Numbered from the stretch's first letter, positions 10,344 to 21,030 are shown. The stretch is DNA of 64,000 bases from an uncultured Novosphingobium sp. (GCA_964592205.1 CAZQEH010000007.1:12393-76392), one strand, 5' to 3'. Notes: a model not told the origin generated them from the letters alone. Made by a program: numbers and translations.

Positions 10344-11819
10344 ATGACCCGCTTCACCCGTACCTCTGCCTATGTGCCCAGCCGGGCGATCATCGACATC
10401 GGTTCGAACACCGTGCGGCTTGTTATCTATGGCGGTCCGGCGCGCGCACCCGATGTGCTGCACAACGAGAAAGTGACGGCACGGCTAGGCAAGGGCGTGG
10501 CCGAGAACGGCAAGCTCGGCCAGCGCGCCTCCGCCGCCGCGCTGGCAAGCCTTGCGCGCTATCGCACGCTGCTCGATCTGAAGGGCATCAGCGATATCGA
10601 CGTGGTGGCGACGGCTGCGGTGCGCGATGCGGTGAATGGCGCGCAGTTCCTCGACCAGATCCGCGCGCTGGGCCTTTCGCCGCGATTGCTGAGCGGCGAA
10701 GTGGAGGCGATCACCAGCGCACACGGCGTAATCGGGGCGTTCCCGCAAGCGTGCGGCGTGGTGGGCGATCTTGGCGGAGGCAGCCTCGAACTGGTTGACG
10801 TTGATGAACATGGCTGCCGGCACGGCACGTCGCTGCCGCTGGGCACCCTGCGCCTTGCCGCGCTGCGCGCCGGGGGTGAACGCGCGTTCGGCCAGACGAT
10901 CGCCAAGCTGCTCAAACGCGCAGACTGGCGGGCAGCGCACGGCTCCACGCTCTATCTCGTGGGCGGATCGCTGCGCGCCTTTGCCCGGCATGCGATGACC
11001 GTGTCGGGCTGGCCGATCGACGATCCGCACGGCTACGAAATCGCCGCCGCCCCCGCGCAGGCCATGGCCAAGGCGCTCGCGCGACGCAAGCCGGAGACCT
11101 TGCTGCCAGTGCCGGGGCTCTCCAGCTCGCGCCTCGCCGCGCTGCCCGATACCGCAGCGCTGCTTTTCGTGCTGATCCGCGCGTTGCAGCCCGGGCGGCT
11201 GGTGTTTTCGTCATGGGGGCTGCGCGAAGGGCTGCTGTGGGACCACATGGCACCGGGCGTGCGGATACAGGACCCGCTCGTGGCGGGCGCCGCGGCCTTC
11301 TCCGCCGAATACGGCATCGCCGCCGGAACCGCCGCGATGGTCACCGGCTGGACCGCCGCGGCCCGCTTGCCCCAAGCGGCGGGCGGCACCGAGCACTTGC
11401 GGCTGACCGCAACCATGCTGTGCCTCGCCACCGCGATGGTCGAGCCGAACCTGCGCGGGGATCTCGCGCGCGAATGGGCGCTGCGCAAACGCTGGATCGG
11501 CGCATCCCCGGCCGACCGCGCCATGCTCGCAGCGGCAATGATCGCCAACACCGGGCGCACGGACTTGCCGGCCGATCTTGGCCTGCTGGCGCCGCCGGAA
11601 CAGCTGCGCGAGGCGCAGGCCTGGGGATTTGCCACGCGGCTGTGCCGCCGCTTCAGCGGCAATACCGCACAAGGCATCAGCGGCAGCGCGCTGCTTGTGG
11701 AGAAAGGAACGCTGGTGCTCGCCGTACAGCCGCAGATCGCGGCATTGGTGAATGAAGGGGTCGAGCGCGACCTCAAGGTGCTGGCCGCGCATCTCGGTCT
11801 GAAAGCGGGAGTGCGCTAG
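10344..11819 (+). CDS. ppx: Exopolyphosphatase (Ppx/GppA family)
   Basis: IIDIGSNTVRL, ATAAVRDA, DLGGGSLEL, GLREG; directly downstream of ppk1. Confidence 0.9.
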   Translation: MTRFTRTSAYVPSRAIIDIGSNTVRLVIYGGPARAPDVLHNEKVTARLGKGVAENGKLGQRASAAALASLARYRTLLDLKGISDIDVVATAAVRDAVNGAQFLDQIRALGLSPRLLSGEVEAITSAHGVIGAFPQACGVVGDLGGGSLELVDVDEHGCRHGTSLPLGTLRLAALRAGGERAFGQTIAKLLKRADWRAAHGSTLYLVGGSLRAFARHAMTVSGWPIDDPHGYEIAAAPAQAMAKALARRKPETLLPVPGLSSSRLAALPDTAALLFVLIRALQPGRLVFSSWGLREGLLWDHMAPGVRIQDPLVAGAAAFSAEYGIAAGTAAMVTGWTAAARLPQAAGGTEHLRLTATMLCLATAMVEPNLRGDLAREWALRKRWIGASPADRAMLAAAMIANTGRTDLPADLGLLAPPEQLREAQAWGFATRLCRRFSGNTAQGISGSALLVEKGTLVLAVQPQIAALVNEGVERDLKVLAAHLGLKAGVR

Positions 11820-11858
11820 CGCCCTTCGCGCATTCGTACCCCGCCTCAGCCTCCTATC

Positions 11859-13097
11859 TCAGCCTCCAGCCTGTTCCTTCACTGCTTCCGCCTCGGCGGC
11901 TGCCAGAACCCTGAGCACATTGCCCGACCAGATCTTCGCGATATCCGCTTCGCTGTAGCCCGCAGCGAGCAGCGCCCTGGTGATTTTTGGCAGGTCCGCG
12001 ATATCCTCAAGCCCCACCGCGCCGCCGCCGCCATCCCAATCGAGGCCGATGCCGACATGGTCGACGCCTGCCACCTGCAGGGCGTGGAGCAGGTTCGCCA
12101 TCACATCATTGAAAGTGGGGCGGACTTCGGGGTACTTCGCGTCGATCGCATGGAGCTCGGCAAGCATGGCCTGGCGTTCGTCTGCGGTCAGCTTCCTGTC
12201 CTCAGCGTACTTTGCCGCAAGCGCCTTCATCGCGGCCTCGCGCTCCGCGCTCTGCTTGAGGCCCTTCACGTAGACCGAATTGATCTGAATGACCCCGCCC
12301 GCAGCCGCCAGCGCCTTGATGTGCGCGTCGTCGATGTTGCGCGGATGATCGAACACGGCCTTGCAGCCGGAGTGCGAGAGGATGATCGGCGCCTTGGAAA
12401 GCCGCAGCGCATCGTCAAGCGCGCGATCAGAGCTATGCGAAAGATCGGGGACGACGCCGAGACGGTTCATTTCGGCCAGCAGCTGGACGCCAAGCGGGCT
12501 GAGGCCATCCCACTTTGCCGTGTCGGTCGAGCTGTCGGCAAACTGGTTGGTGCGGTAATGCGCAAAACCGGCGATGCGCACGCCCATTGCATAGAAGCTG
12601 CGCAGCAGCGTGGGATCATCGCCAAGCGGCCAGGCATTCTCGATCGAGAGGTAGACCACGCGCTTGCCGCTGGCCTTGATCGCGGCGGCATCGGCAGCCT
12701 TGCTGGCAAGCGCAAAGCTCTCCGGATGCGCGGCGACCATTTCGCGGATGGCGATCCCGCGCATCACCGCGAAATCGCGCGCCTTGCGGGTGGTTTCGGG
12801 ATCGAGCGGGCCTTGCGGCGTGTAGATCGCCCAGAACCCGCCATCGAGCCCACCTTGCTTCATGCGCGGCAGATCGATTTGGGTATAATCCTGAGCGACC
12901 GTGTGCGCATCCATGATCGACCAGCCAGGCAGCGCGAGCGAAGCGGGCGTATCAAGGTGCGTATCAAGCGTCAGCAGGCGTTGCTGAAGTGCGGCAGCTG
13001 GATCGGCAGCGGCTTTGCGCGGGGCGCTCTGGGCGGGACCGGCAGTGATGAGAGCGAGCGCGGCCGAGGCAGCGAGGAGGATCGTTCGGGTCTGCAT
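11859..13097 (-). CDS. Membrane/renal dipeptidase family (peptidase M19), exported
   Basis: Signal peptide, DTHLD, DLPRMKQGGLDG, DLSH, SHSGC, HPRNIDD, GVDHVGIGLDWDG. Confidence 0.88.
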   Translation of the reverse strand: MQTRTILLAASAALALITAGPAQSAPRKAAADPAAALQQRLLTLDTHLDTPASLALPGWSIMDAHTVAQDYTQIDLPRMKQGGLDGGFWAIYTPQGPLDPETTRKARDFAVMRGIAIREMVAAHPESFALASKAADAAAIKASGKRVVYLSIENAWPLGDDPTLLRSFYAMGVRIAGFAHYRTNQFADSSTDTAKWDGLSPLGVQLLAEMNRLGVVPDLSHSSDRALDDALRLSKAPIILSHSGCKAVFDHPRNIDDAHIKALAAAGGVIQINSVYVKGLKQSAEREAAMKALAAKYAEDRKLTADERQAMLAELHAIDAKYPEVRPTFNDVMANLLHALQVAGVDHVGIGLDWDGGGGAVGLEDIADLPKITRALLAAGYSEADIAKIWSGNVLRVLAAAEAEAVKEQAGG

Positions 13098-13132
13098 GCG
13101 TGCAACTTTCGCGCTGCCGCCGGGAATGTCAA

Positions 13133-13771
13133 TCACGCCGGGTCTGCGTCAGCCTGCTCAGCGGGGCGCGCGGCAGCAAAGGCCGGGTGCGCGAGGGCTT
13201 TGGCCTCGATCGCTTCCAGCCGGAAAAAGTCAGTCCGCGCGCCGAAGCGGCGGGCATTGGCCATCTGCGGGATCAGCACGACGTCGGCCAGCGTGATCGC
13301 CTCACCGAAGCAGAACGGGCCGCTGCGGCCATCGATCAGGTGCGCACAGGCCGCAAGCCCGCTCTCGATCACCTCGCGCACCCAGCCATCGACCGTCGCC
13401 TGATCGAGCCCGCGCGCGCGCAGCATCTGGAGCACGCGCAAATTCTGCACCGGATGAATATCGCAGGCGATGGCGAGCGCAAATGCGCGGACCTTCGCGC
13501 GCTCGAGCGGGTCGGCCGGGAGCACCGCCGGCTCGGGAAAGCATTCTTCAAGGTATTCGATGATCGCGAGGCTCTGCGTAAGCACGGCGCCATCAACTTC
13601 GAGCGCCGGAACCAGCCCTTGCGGATTCCGCGCGAGATAATCTGGCGCACGCTGTGCACCGGTGCGCAGATCGTGTGGCACGGCGCCCCAGCCCAGCCCC
13701 TTGAGCCCGAGCACGGTGCGCACGCGCCACGCCGCGGTTGAGCGCCAGTAGGTGTGCAGGACAAGGTTCAT
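13133..13771 (-). CDS. maiA: Maleylacetoacetate isomerase (GST zeta class)
   Basis: YWRSTAAWRVR, NPQGLVPAL, LTQSLAIIEYLEE, ACDIHPVQNLRVL. Confidence 0.88.
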   Translation of the reverse strand: MNLVLHTYWRSTAAWRVRTVLGLKGLGWGAVPHDLRTGAQRAPDYLARNPQGLVPALEVDGAVLTQSLAIIEYLEECFPEPAVLPADPLERAKVRAFALAIACDIHPVQNLRVLQMLRARGLDQATVDGWVREVIESGLAACAHLIDGRSGPFCFGEAITLADVVLIPQMANARRFGARTDFFRLEAIEAKALAHPAFAAARPAEQADADPA

Positions 13772-13915
13772 CGCAACGTCTCCGCAAGGCGGCCCAGCAA
13801 GCCGAATCACGCCGGAGTCCGCCACTCGCAATAATTTCTATCGGGTTAAAGGAATGGTAGTCATTTTAAACGTATACCCGGCACCGTCCCCCCGCGGTGA
13901 CAAACCGGAGCACGC

Positions 13916-14230
13916 ATGTCAGCCGAAATGCACGAGCCTCGTCCCCAGCAGGGGCGCCAGTCCGAGCGGCGCCCGCTGATGGTGCGCGTGCAGTATCGGC
14001 GCACGATCGTACGGCTTGCAGCGCAGATCATCGATCTTTCGCGGCACGGCCTGCGCCTTGCCGGGATGGAGCGGCTGCGCGTGGAGGAAATGGTGTGGAT
14101 CACTCTCCCAGGCCTGCCGCCGCGCCAGGCCAAGGTTGTCTGGATCGACCGCTTCGAGGCCGGCTGCGTCTTCATAGAGCCGCTGCATGTGGCCGTGTTC
14201 GATGCGATTGTTTCGGGCCACATGCATTGA
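13916..14230 (+). CDS. Stand-alone PilZ-domain protein
   Basis: RQSERR (RxxxR) and DLSRHG (DxSxxG) motifs, AKVVW...AGCVF; GGAG RBS. Confidence 0.8.
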   Translation: MSAEMHEPRPQQGRQSERRPLMVRVQYRRTIVRLAAQIIDLSRHGLRLAGMERLRVEEMVWITLPGLPPRQAKVVWIDRFEAGCVFIEPLHVAVFDAIVSGHMH

Positions 14231-14415
14231 TTTTTTTGGTCAGAATCTCAGGTTCTGATAATGCGGCACCGCCTCCCCCCAGCCACCCATAGCGTACAAT
14301 TCCGATGGGTGGCCGGACGGGGGAGTGGGCCGGTGCCGCATCCGAAACGCACACTTTCGCGCGTTTCGCAAATGCACGCCTTTCAAGCTGCTCCTCCAGT
14401 GAGTAGGGGACGGGG

Positions 14416-16056
14416 ATGCTCCGTCTCACCGAACTCAAGCTGCCCCTCGATCACACGACCGCCGATCTCGAAGCCGCAATTGCCGAGCGACTGGAGATCG
14501 AACCCGCCGCGCTGCTGCGCTACAGCGTGGCCAAGCGCGGCAATGACGCGCGGCGCAAAAGCGCGATCAAGCTGGTCTATGCGATCGACGTGAGCGTGGC
14601 GGATGAAGCCGCGGTGCTCGCGCGCCAGACGGGCGATAGCCAGGTCCGCCCTTCCCCCGATACGGCCTACCGTTTCCCAGTGATGGCCCCCGCCGGCTGG
14701 CAGGGTCCGCGCCCGGTGGTGATCGGGGCGGGGCCTTGCGGGCTGCTCGCGGCGCTGATCCTTGCGCAGATGGGCCTCAAACCCATCATCGTCGAGCGCG
14801 GCAAGTCCGTGCGTGCGCGGACCAAGGACACCTGGGGTCTGTGGCGGCGCAGCGAGCTGACGCCGGAATCGAACGTGCAGTTCGGCGAAGGGGGCGCGGG
14901 CACATTCTCGGACGGCAAGCTCTACAGCCGGATCAAGGACCACCGTCATCTCGGACGCAAGGTGCTGACCGAGTTTGTCAAGGCTGGCGCCCCGCCGGAA
15001 ATCCTGACCGAAGCGCACCCCCATGTCGGCACCTTCCGGCTGGTCACGATGGTCATGTCGATCCGCGAAACCATCGAGGCGCTGGGCGGCGAGTACCGCT
15101 TCGAAACGCGCGTCGAGGATTTCGTCATTGGCAAGGACGAGCGCGGCGAGCGGCAGTTGGAAGGCCTTTTGCTCTCAACCGGCGAAGTGCTGCCGGCGCG
15201 GCGCGTGATCATGGCGGTAGGCCATTCCGCGCGCGATACCTTTGCCGTGCTCAACAGCGCGGGCGTCCACATCGAGGCCAAACCCTTTGCCGTCGGCGTG
15301 CGGATCGAACATCCGCAGCGGCTGGTCGATGTCGCGCGCTATGGGCCCGGCGCAGGCCATCCGATCCTTGGCCCCGCCGCCTATTCGCTGGCGCATCAGG
15401 CGAGCAATGGCCGCTCGGTCTACAGCTTCTGCATGTGCCCGGGCGGGCGCGTGGTGGCAGCAGCTTCAGAGCCGGGGCGCGTCGTAACCAATGGCATGAG
15501 CCAGTATTCGCGTGCCGAGTTCAACGCCAACTCCGGCCTCGTCGTCGATATCAATCCCGAACGCGATTATCCCGGCGGGCCGCTCGCGGGTGTTGCCCTC
15601 CAGCGCAAGTGGGAGGAACTGGCCTACGTGGCGGGCGGCAGCAACTACTGCGCGCCGGGCCAGAAGCTGGGCGATTTCCTTGCCGGCCGGCCCTCGACCA
15701 GCTTCGGCTCGATCACACCATCCTACCAGCCGGGGGTGACACCGACCGATCTGGCGCAGTGCCTGCCCGATTTCGCCGTCGCCGCCATGCGTGAGGCGCT
15801 GCCCGTGTTCGGCCGCCAGATGCCGGGTTACGACCATCCCGACGTGGTGCTGACTGGCGTCGAAACGCGCACTTCATCGCCGGTGAGGATCACGCGCGGG
15901 GCAGACTTCCAGAGCCTCAATACCCATGGACTTTACCCGGCGGGCGAAGGTGCAGGCTATGCGGGTGGCATTCTTTCAGCGGCGGTGGACGGCATCCGCG
16001 TGGCCGAAGCGCTGGCGCAGGACTTGCTCGGTCAGGCTGCCGACGCGCGCGTGTAG
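14416..16056 (+). CDS. Uncharacterised NAD(P)/FAD-dependent oxidoreductase
   Basis: VIGAGPCG, SNVQFGEGGAGTFSDGKL, YSFCMCPGG, GVETRTSSP, GEGAGYAGGILSAAVDG. Confidence 0.88.
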   Translation: MLRLTELKLPLDHTTADLEAAIAERLEIEPAALLRYSVAKRGNDARRKSAIKLVYAIDVSVADEAAVLARQTGDSQVRPSPDTAYRFPVMAPAGWQGPRPVVIGAGPCGLLAALILAQMGLKPIIVERGKSVRARTKDTWGLWRRSELTPESNVQFGEGGAGTFSDGKLYSRIKDHRHLGRKVLTEFVKAGAPPEILTEAHPHVGTFRLVTMVMSIRETIEALGGEYRFETRVEDFVIGKDERGERQLEGLLLSTGEVLPARRVIMAVGHSARDTFAVLNSAGVHIEAKPFAVGVRIEHPQRLVDVARYGPGAGHPILGPAAYSLAHQASNGRSVYSFCMCPGGRVVAAASEPGRVVTNGMSQYSRAEFNANSGLVVDINPERDYPGGPLAGVALQRKWEELAYVAGGSNYCAPGQKLGDFLAGRPSTSFGSITPSYQPGVTPTDLAQCLPDFAVAAMREALPVFGRQMPGYDHPDVVLTGVETRTSSPVRITRGADFQSLNTHGLYPAGEGAGYAGGILSAAVDGIRVAEALAQDLLGQAADARV

Positions 16057-17309
16057 GCGCTGAGCAGCGTTTCGCGCAGCGCGCCGAGTGGGGGCAGATC
16101 GAGCCCGCCAAGCTGGGCAATGCCAACGATCTCGTCCGCGCCGTAGCACTGCGACAGGACGATCACTTCGCCCTTCACTTTCCTGGCAAGCGGACCGGAC
16201 CAGAAGGCATAGACCGTGGGTAGCGCGCGTTCAGTCGGATCTTCGTCAACCACCATGGCGAGGCGGCCCGAGCGCAGCTCCACGAAAGCGCCGATCGGAT
16301 AGATGCCGACCATCTCCAGAAAATCGACCATGATAGCTGGGTCGAGCCCGTCGCAATGTTCGCCCATGTGGCGGATCGCCTCGGCCGGATCGAACCCGGG
16401 GCGGCCTTCCCGGCCGGCGACGAGCAGATCGTAGGTGTCGCAGATCGCGGCCATGCGCGAGAGCAGATCGATATCGCTGCCAGCCAGGCGGTGCGGATAG
16501 CCCGATCCATCGATGCGTTCGTGGTGCCGCAGGCAGACCTTGAGCACGGCATCGGGAATGTCGCCCGCAGCCTTGAGCAGGGCATGGCCCGCCAGCACAT
16601 GCTGGCAATGCACATCGGTTTCGAGATCGCCGCTGGTCCCTGCCCAGACATCCTCGGGATGCGGCGGGCCGCCAGCTTCATGATTTGCACCCACATCCAT
16701 CAGCAGGCCCGCCATCCCCGCCTCGCGCGTTTCTTCGCCGGAAAGGTTCATCTGGCGCGCGAGCGCGATCATCAGCGCGCTGGTGGCGAGCGCGTGGCGA
16801 TAGGTTTCCTCGCTGTCCTCGCGGCAGCGCAGCAGGCCGTTGAAGGCGTAGAGATTGCGCTGCACCGAGGCATAGATATCGTCAATCAGCGGGTCGACTG
16901 TGCGCGCGCTGATGCCGCGGCCAAGGCGCGCTTCGATGAAGACGCGGCTGACGAGTTTGGAATGGCGCTCGGCAATCTTGCGCGCGGTGCCGAACTCCTT
17001 CGCGGTGGCAACACGGGCGGCGGCAAACTTGTTCGCGGTGGGGCGGGCGGGGACCAGGGGCATGCCGCGCTGGGGAGGCGGCGATGATCCGCTGCCGACG
17101 ACCGCTATCTCGCGTTCGGGCACATTGTTGAGCCCGCGCTCGGTATCGATGATGACGGCTTCGACCCCGCTTCCCTGCAACGCTTCGAGCATCCACATCT
17201 CTTCGAGCACGAACTTGCTCTTCCAGAAGGGATGCTTGAACCAGCTCCCTTCCAGTTTCTGGATGAACATGCCGAGCCGGAGCTCGGAGGTTTCGACGCG
17301 TTTCAGCAT
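16032..17309 (-). CDS. HD-GYP domain protein with DUF3391-like N-terminus; HD dyad degenerate
   Basis: ELRLGMFI..LEGSWFKHPFWKSKF N-terminus; HHERIDGSGYP; GLLMDVG where LLHDIG is expected; GIYPIG..VEL C-terminal motif. Confidence 0.85.
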   Translation of the reverse strand: MLKRVETSELRLGMFIQKLEGSWFKHPFWKSKFVLEEMWMLEALQGSGVEAVIIDTERGLNNVPEREIAVVGSGSSPPPQRGMPLVPARPTANKFAAARVATAKEFGTARKIAERHSKLVSRVFIEARLGRGISARTVDPLIDDIYASVQRNLYAFNGLLRCREDSEETYRHALATSALMIALARQMNLSGEETREAGMAGLLMDVGANHEAGGPPHPEDVWAGTSGDLETDVHCQHVLAGHALLKAAGDIPDAVLKVCLRHHERIDGSGYPHRLAGSDIDLLSRMAAICDTYDLLVAGREGRPGFDPAEAIRHMGEHCDGLDPAIMVDFLEMVGIYPIGAFVELRSGRLAMVVDEDPTERALPTVYAFWSGPLARKVKGEVIVLSQCYGADEIVGIAQLGGLDLPPLGALRETLLSAYTRASAA

Positions 17310-17457
17310 GGTCCAGCTTGCATGGCACTGGTGTGACTGAAACCGGCTGACTGCACAGCTACGCATTAACCCTGATGAGGGGCTGCAATGGGTAATTCCC
17401 CCGCCGCAAATTCTTGGCTAGCGTTGGCAAGACAAGCAGATTGATGAGGATGGCCTG

Positions 17458-18651
17458 ATGAATAGTGCGCATGGCGCGACCCGCAATCCTGGCATGGATC
17501 CAGAGGTCTTCGCCCAGTTCCTCGAACAGTTGCAGCGCTATGTGCGCGAGCGGCTGATTCCAGCCGAAGCGCACGTCATCGCAGGCGACGCGATCCCCGC
17601 AGACCTCCTTGCCGAAATGCGCGACATGGGCCTGTTCGGCCTCACCATGCCCGAGGAATACGGCGGCGCTGGCATGAACATCAGCCAGTATATCGAGACG
17701 ATCCACGCGATCAGCTATGCCATGCCCGCGTTCCGCTCGATCATCTCGATCAACATCGGCATGGTCTGCTCGGCAATCAAGAATGCCGGCACAGCGGAGC
17801 AGAAGGCCGAGTGGCTGCCGCGTCTGGCGGCGGGCGAGATCGCGGCGTTTGGCCTGACCGAGCCGGGTTCGGGTTCGGATTCTGCGGGCCTTGCGACCAT
17901 GGCCGTGCGTTCGGGCAACGGCTATGTGCTGAATGGCACCAAGCGCTACATCACCAATGCGCCCTACGCGAAGGTGGGCCTCATCATGGCGCGCACCTCG
18001 AAGGAAAACCTGCCGAGGAACGCGCATATCTCGGCCTTCCTTGTGCCGCTCGATACGCCTGGCGTGACACGCGGCAAGTCTGACAAGAAGATGGGTCAGC
18101 AGGGCAGCCACATCGGCGATCTCATCCTCGAGGATGTCTACGTCCCCGGCGCAGCGCTGCTCGGCGGCGAGGAAGGCAAAGGTTTCGCCACTGCGATGCA
18201 GAGCCTCGACAACGGGCGGCTTTCGGTGGGCGCCGCTGCAACGGCCCAGGCACGGCGCATTCTCGATAGCGCGATCCGCTATGCCAATGAACGCAAGGCT
18301 TTCGGCGAGCCGATCGCGCAGTTCCAGCTGATCCAGGCCATGCTGGCAGACAGCCAGGCCGAAATCTACGCCGCCCAGTGCATGATGCGCGATGCCATCA
18401 CCAAGGCCGATTCCGGGCAGAAGATCCTGATGGAAGCTGCCGCCTTCAAGATGTTCGCCTCAGAGATGTGCGGGCGCGTGGCGGACCGCTGCGTGCAGAT
18501 CCACGGCGGTGCGGGCTATCTCGCGGAGTACGAGGCCGAACGCTTCTTCCGCGATGCGCGCATTTACCGCATCTACGAAGGCACCACCCAGATCATGCAG
18601 CTAGTGATCGCCAAGCAGATGCTGAAGGATTTCACGGCAGGGGTCGGCTGA
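17458..18651 (+). CDS. Acyl-CoA dehydrogenase family protein
   Basis: FGLTEPGSGSD, LNGTKRYITNA, RKAFGEPIAQFQLIQAMLAD, RIYRIYEGTTQI. Confidence 0.92.
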   Translation: MNSAHGATRNPGMDPEVFAQFLEQLQRYVRERLIPAEAHVIAGDAIPADLLAEMRDMGLFGLTMPEEYGGAGMNISQYIETIHAISYAMPAFRSIISINIGMVCSAIKNAGTAEQKAEWLPRLAAGEIAAFGLTEPGSGSDSAGLATMAVRSGNGYVLNGTKRYITNAPYAKVGLIMARTSKENLPRNAHISAFLVPLDTPGVTRGKSDKKMGQQGSHIGDLILEDVYVPGAALLGGEEGKGFATAMQSLDNGRLSVGAAATAQARRILDSAIRYANERKAFGEPIAQFQLIQAMLADSQAEIYAAQCMMRDAITKADSGQKILMEAAAFKMFASEMCGRVADRCVQIHGGAGYLAEYEAERFFRDARIYRIYEGTTQIMQLVIAKQMLKDFTAGVG

Positions 18652-18673
18652 GGCGCGCTAGCCTGCCCCCTCC

Positions 18674-19603
18674 TTACACATCCGGTTTGTCGCAAGTTTC
18701 GGCATCGCGCGCGCCCAGTGCCACGAACTGATCGAGCAGCCAGCGCGCGGCGGGCCCCGGAGGCGTGTCGCGCCGCCAGATCGCCGTGAACTGGTAGGCG
18801 CCGCTGGGGTGATCGGGCATGGCGAGGCGCACCAGCGTTCCTGTCGTCAGGTCGCCCTCGATCATCGGCATCGGCATATTGCCCCAGCCAATCCCTTCGC
18901 GCAGCAGCGCATGCTTGGCGCCAAGATCGGCCAGCCGCCAGGTCTTGGGGCTGATCACGCCGAAATCGCGCCCGGCGGTGGTGCCCGAGCGGTCCGAAAG
19001 CACGAGCTGGATATAGTCGCGCCCCGCGCCGGGCAGTATCGCGGTCATGCGACCCAGCGGGTGATCGGGCGCGGCGACGGGAACGAGCAGCGTGGCGCCG
19101 GCAACTTTGCCGTCGATCTCGGGCACTTCGGCGGCAAGCGGGCCCGAAACGCCGATGGTGGCGGTGCGCGCAAGCACCATCGCGCTCACCGCGCCCAGGG
19201 CCTCAACATGAAGCCGGAGCTGCACGGTGGGAAATTCGGCGGCAAACCGGCGCAGCACGATGGCCAGCCGCTCGGGCGGGACCATGACATCGACCGCAAG
19301 ATCGACTTCGGCTTCCAGCCCCTCGAGCAAGCCCTTCACCTTGGCACGCAAACCATCGACGCCCTGCGCGATGGCGCGGGCTTCGGCGAGGAGCGCCCGG
19401 CCAGCGGTGGTAAGCTGCGGCTTGCGGGTGCCTTCGCGGTCAAACAGACTGACGCCGAGCTGGGCTTCGAGATTGGCGATGCCGTAGCTGATCACCGAAA
19501 CCGCGCGGCCCAGCGTGCGTGCGGCACCGGCGAAACTGCCGGTATCGACAATGGTCAGGAAGATGCGCAGCTGATCGAGCGTAGGGGTGCCGGGATTGAC
19601 CAT
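18674..19603 (-). CDS. LysR-family regulator divergent from pirin
   Basis: TLDQLRIFLTIVDTGSFAGAAR HTH; LysR-pirin divergent pair. Confidence 0.92.
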   Translation of the reverse strand: MVNPGTPTLDQLRIFLTIVDTGSFAGAARTLGRAVSVISYGIANLEAQLGVSLFDREGTRKPQLTTAGRALLAEARAIAQGVDGLRAKVKGLLEGLEAEVDLAVDVMVPPERLAIVLRRFAAEFPTVQLRLHVEALGAVSAMVLARTATIGVSGPLAAEVPEIDGKVAGATLLVPVAAPDHPLGRMTAILPGAGRDYIQLVLSDRSGTTAGRDFGVISPKTWRLADLGAKHALLREGIGWGNMPMPMIEGDLTTGTLVRLAMPDHPSGAYQFTAIWRRDTPPGPAARWLLDQFVALGARDAETCDKPDV

Positions 19604-19730
19604 CGTTCAGCTCCATCGAACAAACCGGTTCAATTTATCCCACTGAACAGGAAAGTGGGCAAGGCCTATATCGGCTCCAACGAAAGCGCCCTGCCCGCTT
19701 TGGCAGCAGGCGCCGGACAGGAGAAAGACC

Positions 19731-20429
19731 ATGATCGAACTGCGCCCCTTCGCCAGCCTCGGCGGTGCCAACCACGGCTGGCTCGATGCCAAGCACCACT
19801 TCTCGTTCGCCGAATACCATGATCCGGCGCGGACGCACTGGGGCAACCTGCGTGTGTGGAACGACGATACCATCGCGCCGAAGACCGGTTTCCCGCCGCA
19901 TCCCCACCGTGACATGGAAATCATCACTTACGTCCGCGAAGGCGCGATCACCCATCAGGACAGCCTTGGCAACAAGGGCCGGACCGAAGCGGGTGACGTC
20001 CAGGTGATGAGCGCGGGCACCGGCATCCGCCATTCGGAATACAACATGGAGGACGTGACCACCCGCATTTTCCAGATCTGGATCATGCCCACCCGCAGCG
20101 GCGAGGCGCCCGGTTGGGGCGCGCGGCCCTTCCCCAAGGGCACGCGCACCGGTCAATTCGTGGCGCTGGCCTCCGGCTATGAGGGAGACGGCGATGCCCT
20201 GCCCATCCGCACCGAAGCGCGGGTGCTGGGCGCTACGCTGCGTGCCGGTGAGACCACCAGCTATCCGCTTGGCAAGGACAGGAAGGCCTACCTCGTCCCG
20301 GCGACCGGCTCGATCAGGATCGACGACGTGACCGTGAATGCCCGCGATGGCGTGGCGATTCGCGATCTCGATCTGCTGACGGTGACCGCGCTCGAGGATA
20401 GCGAAATCGTGATGGTCGACGCTGCCTGA
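19731..20429 (+). CDS. Pirin family protein (YhhW-like)
   Basis: HGWLDAKHHFSFAEY, LRVWNDD, HPHRDMEIITYV, MSAGTGIRHSE. Confidence 0.93.
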   Translation: MIELRPFASLGGANHGWLDAKHHFSFAEYHDPARTHWGNLRVWNDDTIAPKTGFPPHPHRDMEIITYVREGAITHQDSLGNKGRTEAGDVQVMSAGTGIRHSEYNMEDVTTRIFQIWIMPTRSGEAPGWGARPFPKGTRTGQFVALASGYEGDGDALPIRTEARVLGATLRAGETTSYPLGKDRKAYLVPATGSIRIDDVTVNARDGVAIRDLDLLTVTALEDSEIVMVDAA

Positions 20430-20447
20430 GCAGCCGCCACCGCCTAA

Positions 20448-20482
20448 AAGGGGAGTTCCCGAGCCCATCCGGGGCTCCCCTT
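20448..20482 (+). terminator. Hairpin downstream of the pirin gene
   Basis: AAGGGGAGTTCC...GGGGCTCCCCTT inverted repeat about 20 nt after the stop. Confidence 0.6.
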
Positions 20483-20622
20483 AGCCCGTTCCTAACGAAA
20501 TAGTGCCGATTTTGCTGGCTGGAGCATAATCCAATACGGATCATTTACCCATTTTGGTCCAGTAAGGCATGGGGCGCAAAGACTGGCGCTGCGTGGCTTT
20601 TGGCAAGGTAATGGTGCGGTAG

Positions 20623-21030
20623 ATGTCATTCATGGCTCCCATTCCACCGACGGACCAGGTTGTGCGTGAACAACGCCAGCCGCGCATCATCCGTGCACGT
20701 CTGGTGTGCCGGGATGGCAAAGTGCAGGAAATTGTGATCCGCAACGTCTCACCCACCGGCCTCGGCGCCAGTGCCCGCGGACCGGCACCGGTGCGCGGCG
20801 AACGCGTGCTGGTGGTGCTGCCGGGTGAGCAGCAAGTGACCGGGTTTGTCCGCTGGTTCGGCGGCCACACCTTCGGCATGCAGCTCGATGCGCCGCTCGA
20901 TCTCGAAGCCCTTGCCCGCGCCCTGCAGCGCCAGGCACATGTCGCGCAGGTTTCGGGCGAGTGGAAGGTCGAAACCCGCCACCGCGTGATCACCCCGATG
21001 TCCGACCCCTCGCGCATCCGCCGCGTCTGA
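20623..21030 (+). CDS. PilZ-domain protein
   Basis: REQRQPR and RNVSPTG (D/NxSxxG) motifs, VRW...FGMQLD. Confidence 0.75.
   Translation: MSFMAPIPPTDQVVREQRQPRIIRARLVCRDGKVQEIVIRNVSPTGLGASARGPAPVRGERVLVVLPGEQQVTGFVRWFGGHTFGMQLDAPLDLEALARALQRQAHVAQVSGEWKVETRHRVITPMSDPSRIRRV

Noticed and set aside
13840..13870. CtrA box upstream of the PilZ gene
   Set aside because: TTAA half-sites are not at the canonical 7-nt spacing
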